This document shows positions 7,616 to 15,096 of a stretch of DNA of 37,611 nt, in pieces. Each line of letters begins with the position of its first letter. Positions within the stretch are counted from its first letter, which is position 1. The stretch lies in assembly GCA_038063775.1 (NCBI GenBank), contig JBBTUK010000014.1, positions 2,436 through 40,046 of the forward strand. Direction: 5' to 3'. The notes under the pieces are model-generated. The model ran no database searches. It saw only the letters and a program-made list of their open reading frames with translations, and was not told where the DNA came from. This DNA is from Patescibacteria group bacterium. Lineage in GTDB: Bacteria > Patescibacteriota > Minisyncoccia > Moranbacterales > UBA2206. The position numbers were made by a program, and so were the translations under genes.

Positions 7616-9619
7616 TTAATTATTGTCAAGGACAATCTCTACGCGGCTTCCATAGGCGGGAACCCGGCTGGAAATAAATGTCGGCCAGTAGCTTATTTCC
7701 ACCCGCGCGATATCAGGATAAGATTTCAGATAAACATCTAGTTCCTGGCTGTTTTTGCCCAAAGATCCTCGCTTAAAACCGTCTAAATCCAAGCTGGGAG
7801 CAATCTTCCCAGTCGCATGCAACCGAATTGTAAGCACTGAATTTGCAAAATCCGCATCGGACTTTCCGAATTCAGTGTTTATTGAATCAGCGAATATTTT
7901 ATAATTATCCCCGATTCCTTTAGCTAAAATATTCTTTACCACATCCTTTAGATCCGCTTCTTTGAAAACGATAGCATTGCCAGAAATTTTCAATGTTACG
8001 TTAAATTTATCGGAAATTTCTCCGGCTGAATTGGATATCTTGTAATTTGGATCGCCGATATTCACCGCTTCATCCAAAATGACAGATCCCTGCCCGGCCT
8101 GTTCCTTTATTTTCTGCTTGACTATCAAATTAAGTTCGGCGAGTATTTTGTTTTTCGCGGAACTAATGTCGGCGTCCGTTACCAAACTTACAGTTTCAGC
8201 GCCCTTGGCCCCTCCGCTCATTGCCTTGAAGGACTTGGCATAAATTTTCGCATATTTTTCGCTGCCGCTGACTTGAAAGCCAGGAATGGTAAATTTAGTC
8301 GGGCTGATATTAAATTCTTCTCCGGCTTCATCGGCTGCGACTTCCGCTTCTATCGCTCCAGGCTTTATCTCTACACCCTCTTTTGTGAGCCCAGGAATCG
8401 TAACACCATTAATCAGCCGGAATAGTTTTCCGTCTTCGCTTACAAATCTCGTCGTTGCGACCAGCGGTTGATTCGCCGAGCTGTATTCATTGTAAATTGT
8501 TATAATGCCCCGGGCTTTGCGGCTGGAAGCGCTTTTGTTTCCAGTCGAATCAAAGTTTCTTGAAATTTCCTCGTTTACGGAAACCAGCTTGGCTGGAATA
8601 ATTTTCTTATCAAAATCCATTGAACCAGCTTTCGCATCGGCTTTCATTTCTGCATCCAGGCTTTGTATCTTTGTTTTGGCGAAAATTGTTATAGTCGCCT
8701 TCGGCAGAAACAGATAGGCCAACGAGATTAAAATAATCGCAGCCGCGACAAGCCCGAAAATGAAAAAAAGCTTCCATGATTTTTTGGATAAATTAACATT
8801 TTTATAATTCTCCCCGCTTTTCTGCTTACGATCGCCATCATTGTCCTGATAAAAATCCCGCCCAGCCGGCTGACCGGGCATTTCAAACTCAATCTTTTCT
8901 CCGGCACTTTTCGCATAATTTAATTTTTCTTTCTTGAAAAAACTTTTTTTGTCTTTATTATTTTTTGCACTTCTCCGGTAAACCAATTCTTCACCGGTAT
9001 TGGGCTCGGGGCTATCGGTGTTTCTCTGTTTTATATCAATATTTTTTACCATATCCATCGCTCCCGTTTTTTCCCGGACTTTCTTTGAACTGGTATTTTT
9101 TTTGCTTTTTATGAAGTCCCCGATGTCGGTAACCAGCTCCTTGTTGGTCAATTTTTCGACTTCCGAAGCATTCTCCTTTTTAGCTTCAAGCTTAACTTCT
9201 TCTCCTCTTGCTTTTTTCGGGCTATTGTCAAAAAAACCGGACGAACCGATAGTGTCTAAATGGCTTTTAAATTTATGCCTGGCTGCTGGATCATAAATAT
9301 TGCTATCTTCAATAAAGGCGTCCTTCTTGGCTTTTTCCATAACCAGCATTTCTTCACCCTCAATATCGTTTAATTTTTGCTCTACCGCTATGCCTGTTTT
9401 TTCGACTAACAATTTTCCAAGCTTATCTTGCGTGACTATTATGACTTCCTTATCCAATTTATCGGCTTCTTTTTTCAGCAACTTTAAATTAATGATGCTC
9501 TGGATAAGCAACGCTCTTTTTGGAACGACAATGATAACTTCTTTAGCCGCCGATTTTCTCAACCTTTCGATAATTGAAGTTATTTCCTCATCAATGTCGA
9601 TGTAAAATGTCTGGTGCAC
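7616..9619 (-). CDS. Bitopic membrane protein with C-terminal baseplate J/gp47-like domain (GTG start)
   Basis: N-terminal alpha/beta domain (YIDIDEEITSIIERL...VVPKRALL), a charged linker of about 200 aa, one TM (LFFIFGLVAAAIILISLAYLFLP), then ARGIITIYN...TRF...VTIPG...VAADEAGEEFNI...AMSGG, which resembles Baseplate_J family motifs. Confidence 0.7.
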   Translation of the reverse strand: MHQTFYIDIDEEITSIIERLRKSAAKEVIIVVPKRALLIQSIINLKLLKKEADKLDKEVIIVTQDKLGKLLVEKTGIAVEQKLNDIEGEEMLVMEKAKKDAFIEDSNIYDPAARHKFKSHLDTIGSSGFFDNSPKKARGEEVKLEAKKENASEVEKLTNKELVTDIGDFIKSKKNTSSKKVREKTGAMDMVKNIDIKQRNTDSPEPNTGEELVYRRSAKNNKDKKSFFKKEKLNYAKSAGEKIEFEMPGQPAGRDFYQDNDGDRKQKSGENYKNVNLSKKSWKLFFIFGLVAAAIILISLAYLFLPKATITIFAKTKIQSLDAEMKADAKAGSMDFDKKIIPAKLVSVNEEISRNFDSTGNKSASSRKARGIITIYNEYSSANQPLVATTRFVSEDGKLFRLINGVTIPGLTKEGVEIKPGAIEAEVAADEAGEEFNISPTKFTIPGFQVSGSEKYAKIYAKSFKAMSGGAKGAETVSLVTDADISSAKNKILAELNLIVKQKIKEQAGQGSVILDEAVNIGDPNYKISNSAGEISDKFNVTLKISGNAIVFKEADLKDVVKNILAKGIGDNYKIFADSINTEFGKSDADFANSVLTIRLHATGKIAPSLDLDGFKRGSLGKNSQELDVYLKSYPDIARVEISYWPTFISSRVPAYGSRVEIVLDNN

Positions 9620-9702
9620 TTTATTGAAAATTTTAAAGTCTAAATTTTAAATTTTAAAAATTTAGAAATTTGAAATTGATTTAAAATTAAAAATTTAAAA
9701 CT
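9620..9702. repeat. Degenerate AT-rich heptamer arrays filling the intergenic space
   Basis: Units such as taaattt, taaagtc, tgaaatt and taaaatt repeated in tandem. Confidence 0.6.
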
Positions 9703-10971
9703 TTACTTCTGTATCATCTTTACGGACCGGCGCAGAATACCGGCTAAAACTTTTTCCTCCCCGGCCAGATCCAGCGCCAGATTAGCCAGTCCCATCGGCG
9801 TGATATCTTGCGGATCCTTGAGCTCTCCGGTTTCGTCTATTATGTTAACAACATCTCTTGGTTGTAAAAAACTGACTTGCGGCAGCTTTGTGAAAGGTAA
9901 GTCCTTGGTCCATTTTGGCGACATAAGGGCTTTTTTTATTCCAGGCAGGCCGGACCCTCCCCCGCAAAGAAAAAATTTATGCGGCAAAAGATCGGCTTCC
10001 GCGAATTCAGACAAAGAGAGTTCGATGCCACTGATCAAAACATCGCAATCATCCGCCAGAATTTCTTCAATTTTTCTACTGACATCCGCTCCCAATTTGC
10101 CTTCGGAATATTTTATCTTGAGAACCTCCGCCTCTTCAAAGCTCACGCCCAATTCTTGCGCCAACCTTTTAGTAAACGCCCGTCCGCCCAAAGCAAACAT
10201 TTTGGTTCCTTCCAAACCTCCGTTCCTCACCACCGCGATATCCGTCGTTCCTCCCCCGATATCAATGAACACCGCGTTGAAATCCAGAACATCTTCTATG
10301 CCCATCGACCTGGCTACGGCGTAAGGCTCGGCGGCTATGCTCAAAAGTTCCAATTTCAACTCATCGGCAATCGTTTGCAAAGCGCCCAGATGGATCATTG
10401 GAGCGTAAGCGTTAAACACCGCGATTGAAACATCCTTGCCCTGGAAACCGATCGGATTGGTAATCCGGTATCCGTCGATCCGGACATCCACGATAGCCGC
10501 GTTGATGAGTTTCACTTCTATTTCGCTGTGTCCGGTTTCCCAGGCTAATTGCTGGCGGATCCGGTCAAAAGCTTTCCACTGGACTTTCTGAATTATATTT
10601 TTCAGCTCGGGCAAATCAATCCTCATTTCAGGCCTTATTCTTTCATAATGGACCGTGGTGGTTGTTCCCTTGACTAATTCGCCCGCGATGCCGATTATTG
10701 TTTTTTCAACCTTCTTAACCTTGGCCATGGCCTTGGCTATTTCTATGGCTTTTTTGCAGTTTTCAATCACCCCCGATATGTCAGAAACAGCGCCTTTTTG
10801 CATGTCGCTCAATCGTTGCCTGACTCTTCCGACACCTGTCACCACTCCGTTGCCGGTTTCCTTGTCAATTTTAAATACCAAAGCCTTTACGACTTCCGTT
10901 CCAATATCCAAAGAAAGCATATGATCGGAAGATAGCCCTCTGGAACCAAAAATTTTGGAAAAAATTCCCAT
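9703..10971 (-). CDS. FtsA-like actin-fold ATPase outside the dcw cluster
   Basis: Phosphate-1 LDIGTEVVK, connect AEPYA, phosphate-2 IDIGGGTTD, adenosine LCGGGSGLPG, and an FtsA 1C-like insert (IDGYRITNPIG). Confidence 0.85.
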   Translation of the reverse strand: MGIFSKIFGSRGLSSDHMLSLDIGTEVVKALVFKIDKETGNGVVTGVGRVRQRLSDMQKGAVSDISGVIENCKKAIEIAKAMAKVKKVEKTIIGIAGELVKGTTTTVHYERIRPEMRIDLPELKNIIQKVQWKAFDRIRQQLAWETGHSEIEVKLINAAIVDVRIDGYRITNPIGFQGKDVSIAVFNAYAPMIHLGALQTIADELKLELLSIAAEPYAVARSMGIEDVLDFNAVFIDIGGGTTDIAVVRNGGLEGTKMFALGGRAFTKRLAQELGVSFEEAEVLKIKYSEGKLGADVSRKIEEILADDCDVLISGIELSLSEFAEADLLPHKFFLCGGGSGLPGIKKALMSPKWTKDLPFTKLPQVSFLQPRDVVNIIDETGELKDPQDITPMGLANLALDLAGEEKVLAGILRRSVKMIQK

Positions 10972-11017
10972 GATCGGTTTATAGCGAGTTTTATTTTAAT
11001 CTCTGTTTTATGCTTCT

Positions 11018-11046
11018 ATTATAAAATAAATCAGGCTTTTTTACAA
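11018..11046 (-). promoter_or_regulatory. Sigma70-type promoter of the FtsA-like/baseplate-J-like operon
   Basis: Minus strand TTGTAA-17 bp-TATAAT. Confidence 0.7.
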
Positions 11047-11067
11047 AAAAAATGAATCTTGGCTGAA

Positions 11068-12870
11068 TTATTCCAAAACCGCCTTGATTCTCCTCACTCC
11101 GGCGCTGGAGGCTTCTTCTTTGATGATTTTGAAATGACCCAATTCTCCGATATTTTTCACATGCGGACCGCCGCAAATCTCCTTTGTGAAACCGCCGGCT
11201 GAATAGACACTGACTTTGTCGCCATATTTGGCTGCAAAAACGCCTAGTGCCCCTTGTGCCTTGGCCTCTTCGGGAGTCATTTCTTCCCGCTTTATTTTCA
11301 AATTTTCCTTTATTTTTTCATTGACCAGATCTTCCACTTGCTTGAGTTGTTCCAGCGTCACTTTTTCCGGATGGGAAAAATCAAAGCGCAATCTTTCGGG
11401 CGTGATATTACTCCCTTTTTGCGCAACATGCGAACCTAAAACTTTCCGCAAAGCCGCTTGCAAAAGATGCGTCGCGGTATGCAATTTTTTCGTATTTTCA
11501 TCCTGGCTTTGTAATCCTCCTTTAAATTTCCCAGCCGCCGCAGTTCGGGAAAGTTCCTGATGCTTTTTAAACTCCGAGGCAAACTCTTCTTCATTCAGAT
11601 TGAGCCCACTTTCCCTGGCCAATTCATTGGTTATTTCAAAGGGAAATCCGTAGGATTGGTAGAGATCGAAAGCGTCTTTGCCAGTAATTCCCTTTTTCGA
11701 TAATTTATTGAATTCTACCAGGCCATGTTCTAATGTTTTTCTGAATTTATTCTCTTCATTTTCCAGTTCTTCAAAAATTTTATTTTTGTTTTTTTCCACT
11801 TCTTGATAAAAATATTTATACATCTTTACGATTACTTCCGAAATATTTTTTGTAAAATTATTTTCCAACCCAATTAATTTTCCATGACGGATGGCCCGGC
11901 GAATAAGGCGCCGCAAAACATAGCCCCGATCAACATTAGAAGGTATCGCGCCGTCAGCAATCATAAAAACGCCGGTTTTAATGTGGTCAGCTATGATCCT
12001 GAAAGATTTTTCGTTTTCCTTATATTTTTTTCCAGAAAGTTCAGAAATTTTTTCAAGTATCGGCTGGAATAATTCCGTATCAAAAACCAGTTCTTTTCCG
12101 TTCATCACTGCTAAAGTCCGTTCCAGCCCCATCCCAGTATCCACATTGGGTTTGGGAAGTTTTTCGTATTTTCCTTCCGCATTTTTATTGAACTCCATAA
12201 AGACATCGTTCCAAATCTCTAAAATCCTTCCGCTTTTAACCAAGTCGGAAAATTTTCCTTCTAACTTTCCTTCCCCTGGCCGCGTATCATAAAACATTTC
12301 CGTATCACCTCCGCACGGACCGGTCGCTCCGGCAATCCAAAAATTGTCTTCCGTGCCCAATGGAATAATTCTTACATCACCACTTACTGTTTCATTCGGA
12401 CCAGCCACTCCATTTGTCAGTTTATTTTTTGAAAATACTTCCTGCCAAATTTTTATGGCATCCTCATCGCGCGGAATGCCGCTCTCCCCCTTGAAAACCG
12501 TCACGTATAATCTTTGCGGATCAAGCCCGAGCCATTTCGAATCGGTCAGAAATTCAAAACTCCATTCAATGGCTTCTTTTTTGAAATAGTCCCCAAAACT
12601 CCAGTTGCCGAACATTTCAAAAAAAGTCAGATGTCGATTGTCGCCGACATCCTCAATATCCGCGGTTCTGACACATTTTTGCACATTCGCCACTCGCGTG
12701 CCGCCCGGATGCTTTTCTCCCATAAGATAGGGCACCAGCGGATGCATGCCGGCCGTCGTAAAGAGTACCGACGAATCATTTTCCGGAATCAAAGAAGCCG
12801 AGGGAATAATGGTATGCCCCTTAGACTTAAAAAAAACCAAATATTTTTCGCGAAGCTCGCGCGCTGTCAT
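11068..12870 (-). CDS. alaS: Alanine--tRNA ligase, short form without C-Ala domain
   Basis: LFTTAGM, HLTFFEMFGNWSFGDYFK, VDTGMGLER, RGYVLRRLIRRA, editing motifs HTATH and CGGPH; ends GVRRIKAVLE at 600 aa. Confidence 0.97.
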   Translation of the reverse strand: MTARELREKYLVFFKSKGHTIIPSASLIPENDSSVLFTTAGMHPLVPYLMGEKHPGGTRVANVQKCVRTADIEDVGDNRHLTFFEMFGNWSFGDYFKKEAIEWSFEFLTDSKWLGLDPQRLYVTVFKGESGIPRDEDAIKIWQEVFSKNKLTNGVAGPNETVSGDVRIIPLGTEDNFWIAGATGPCGGDTEMFYDTRPGEGKLEGKFSDLVKSGRILEIWNDVFMEFNKNAEGKYEKLPKPNVDTGMGLERTLAVMNGKELVFDTELFQPILEKISELSGKKYKENEKSFRIIADHIKTGVFMIADGAIPSNVDRGYVLRRLIRRAIRHGKLIGLENNFTKNISEVIVKMYKYFYQEVEKNKNKIFEELENEENKFRKTLEHGLVEFNKLSKKGITGKDAFDLYQSYGFPFEITNELARESGLNLNEEEFASEFKKHQELSRTAAAGKFKGGLQSQDENTKKLHTATHLLQAALRKVLGSHVAQKGSNITPERLRFDFSHPEKVTLEQLKQVEDLVNEKIKENLKIKREEMTPEEAKAQGALGVFAAKYGDKVSVYSAGGFTKEICGGPHVKNIGELGHFKIIKEEASSAGVRRIKAVLE

Positions 12871-12874
12871 AAAT

Positions 12875-13093
12875 TTATCTCCTTTCCAACGCTTTTTTTA
12901 TTTCCTGATAATCATATCTGCCCAGATCGGAACCGAATTCATCCTTCAATTTTCCTATCGCATCCTCGATTGATATTTTTCCATTGTCCAGTTCTCTTTC
13001 AATATCTCTGACTTTGTCGGCCCGAAAACTTGACCAGTCAATTTTTTTTCTGTCCACCAGATTTTTAACCGTGTTTTTTAAATTTGAATACAT
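12875..13093 (-). CDS. Hypothetical small helical protein
   Basis: 72 aa ORF with 4-nt gaps to both neighbours; protein-like composition. Confidence 0.75.
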   Translation of the reverse strand: MYSNLKNTVKNLVDRKKIDWSSFRADKVRDIERELDNGKISIEDAIGKLKDEFGSDLGRYDYQEIKKALERR

Positions 13094-13097
13094 ATGT

Positions 13098-13418
13098 TTA
13101 TATTAAATTTAGTTTCTTCTTAGTTTTATGAATCGCCTCTTCCGCGATTTTCATATCTTGCTGCATCTTAGCCAGCCCCAGCTCTTTTCCCTGGAGACTG
13201 ATTCTCAATTGCGCTTCCTCCTCCTTGATTTTTCTGATTTCAAATTCCAGCTTGACTTTTTCATTCACGCTTTTTCTATAATCGGCTTCTTGCATTATTA
13301 TTTCTCTCTGCAAAACATTTTTTTGGCTCGCTTTGTCTGCCTGATTCGTTTGATTTGTTTGATTTGTTTGATCGCCTGCGTTACTTTTTTGGTTACCTGA
13401 AAAATTTTTGCTATACAT
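13098..13418 (-). CDS. Hypothetical coiled-coil protein
   Basis: 106 aa with a QTN-repeat N-terminus and a heptad-rich C-terminal two-thirds; operonic spacing. Confidence 0.75.
   Translation of the reverse strand: MYSKNFSGNQKSNAGDQTNQTNQTNQADKASQKNVLQREIIMQEADYRKSVNEKVKLEFEIRKIKEEEAQLRISLQGKELGLAKMQQDMKIAEEAIHKTKKKLNLI
13342..13372 (-). repeat. 9-bp tandem repeat encoding (QTN)x3
   Basis: Minus strand gatcaaacaaatcaaacaaatcaaacgaatca. Confidence 0.8.
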
Positions 13419-13425
13419 ATTTTTA

Positions 13426-13950
13426 TTATTTATTGATTTTTCTCAGCGCGCTCCAAATTTTAGAGGGCGGCCTTGAGGAGCTTGTATTAATATTTCCACC
13501 GAACTCTTTTTTGCCTGCGATAGGCCCCACTCTGCTTGTTTTCGAGTTATTGAAAGAAACGCTGGCGTGCCCTGCGTCATGTGATTTTTCTTCCGGTTCA
13601 GCAGACCGGCTACTACCTGAAGACGCGCTGGAATGAAATACATTCGCCTCCCTGGATTCAGAAATATCCTTTATCTTTTTGATCAGATAACCGTCTACGC
13701 CCAAAATTCCGGCAATATTTTCGGCCTTATCCTCGGTAAGCTTTCCATCCAATATCATTTTTTGTAGCAAATTAATCACTTCGTCTCGTGTTATTCCGTC
13801 TGTTTGGGCTTTATTCAAGAGACTTTCAAATTCCGTCCTGGCACCATATGCATGTAAGCTAAGTTTTTTGGCTATTTCCCTTATGTCCTTGATGTCTATC
13901 TCGTGATCCGGTACTCTTTTGCGATGTTGAGCATTAAATAACAGTCCCAT
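13426..13950 (-). CDS. Hypothetical protein: helical N-domain plus Ser-rich disordered tail
   Basis: 174 aa ORF starting 1 nt after the mnmA stop. Confidence 0.75.
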   Translation of the reverse strand: MGLLFNAQHRKRVPDHEIDIKDIREIAKKLSLHAYGARTEFESLLNKAQTDGITRDEVINLLQKMILDGKLTEDKAENIAGILGVDGYLIKKIKDISESREANVFHSSASSGSSRSAEPEEKSHDAGHASVSFNNSKTSRVGPIAGKKEFGGNINTSSSRPPSKIWSALRKINK

Positions 13951-13951
13951 T

Positions 13952-15085
13952 TTATTTGATTACCCCACCACCCAAAAGCTCTCCGGACGCGCTGTAAAAA
14001 ACCGCTGATTGGCCAGGAGAAATGGCTCGCTGGGGTTGATTAAATATTATCCGGTAAATTTTGTTGCTTGTTGCTTGTTGCTTGTTGCTTAGTTTTATTA
14101 TAGCAGAAACTAAAGGATTGTGGTATCGGGTTTTAACCATTATTTTAGCGTTATTTTTAGACTTTTCCGACATCCAATTGACTTTTTCAACTTCTATTTC
14201 CGAGCGATATAGCTCCGGGTCTTTTTCGTTGTTGGTTACTGTCAGAATATTTTTTTTCAAATCTTTACTTGTGACATAGTATGGACCGTCCCCGCCAATA
14301 TTGATTCCCCTTCTCTGGCCGATGGTGTAAAGCGGCAGACCTTCGTGAGTACCGATCACTTTTCCTTGAGTATTGACAGTTTTTCCTTTTTTAAATTTCA
14401 GGTTCCGGCGCAAAAAACCTTCCGGATATTTTTCCGGCGTAAAACAGAGCCCTTGCGAATCATCTTTGTCAAAAACAGGCAGCCTTAGTTTCTTCGCTAT
14501 TTTTCTTATCTCCGTCTTTTTATAATTGCCTATGGGGAACAAAATGCGCGCTAATTGCTTCTGGTTGAAGTTATATAAAAAATAAGACTGGTCTTTTTCC
14601 TTGTCTTTGCCTTGAAATAGTTTATAAATTGTTTTTTCTTTACTTTTTCCTTTTTCCTTTTTCCTTTTTCCTTCGCGCTTCAGCGCGTAGTGGCCAGACG
14701 CGATGTAGTCCGCTTTCATTTCGAGCATTTTTTTAAACAGCACGTTGAATTTAACGTGCTCGTTGCAAACCACGCACGGATTGGGCGTCCGTCCGCCGGC
14801 ATATTCACGCAAAAAATAATCCACTACTTCTTTTTTAAATTCCCTTTCGACGTTCGCAGTATAAAGAGGAATATCCAATATCTGGCAAACTCTTCTGGCG
14901 TCTTCTTGGGCTTCCAGGGAACAGCATTTGTTCTCCACCAGACTGTTCTGCGAAGGCTCCTTCCAAAAATGCATGAATATCCCGACAACTTCGTAACCTT
15001 GTTTTTTGAGAAGCGCGGCTGCTACCGAAGAATCCACTCCGGAGGACATAGCAACAATTACTCGTTTTCCCCTGTTTTTATTCAT
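13952..15085 (-). CDS. mnmA: tRNA 2-thiouridylase MnmA
   Basis: PP-loop AMSSGVDS, TPNPCVVCN, ASGHYA, KDQSYFL, SQGLCF, YTIGQRRG, PGQSAVFY. Confidence 0.97.
   Translation of the reverse strand: MNKNRGKRVIVAMSSGVDSSVAAALLKKQGYEVVGIFMHFWKEPSQNSLVENKCCSLEAQEDARRVCQILDIPLYTANVEREFKKEVVDYFLREYAGGRTPNPCVVCNEHVKFNVLFKKMLEMKADYIASGHYALKREGKRKKEKGKSKEKTIYKLFQGKDKEKDQSYFLYNFNQKQLARILFPIGNYKKTEIRKIAKKLRLPVFDKDDSQGLCFTPEKYPEGFLRRNLKFKKGKTVNTQGKVIGTHEGLPLYTIGQRRGINIGGDGPYYVTSKDLKKNILTVTNNEKDPELYRSEIEVEKVNWMSEKSKNNAKIMVKTRYHNPLVSAIIKLSNKQQATSNKIYRIIFNQPQRAISPGQSAVFYSASGELLGGGVIK
14061..14088. repeat. Perfect heptamer tandem (ttgttgc)x4 inside mnmA
   Basis: Directly visible; encodes SNKQQATSNK. Confidence 0.9.
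14644..14671. repeat. Perfect heptamer tandem (tttttcc)x4 inside mnmA
   Basis: Directly visible; encodes GKRKKEKGK. Confidence 0.9.
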
Positions 15086-15096
15086 TCAGGTAATTT

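Noticed and set aside
7616-9619. Prophage or contractile injection system suggested by the baseplate-J-like domain
   Set aside because: There are no other phage or T6SS genes, and the protein is membrane-anchored among housekeeping genes.
5939-9702. CRISPR array
   Set aside because: The repeats are short tandem heptamers without a repeat-spacer period, and there are no cas genes.
15032-15052. MnmA PP-loop SSGVDS instead of SGGVDS as a sign of inactivation
   Set aside because: It is a single substitution with all other catalytic motifs intact, so probably a tolerated variant.
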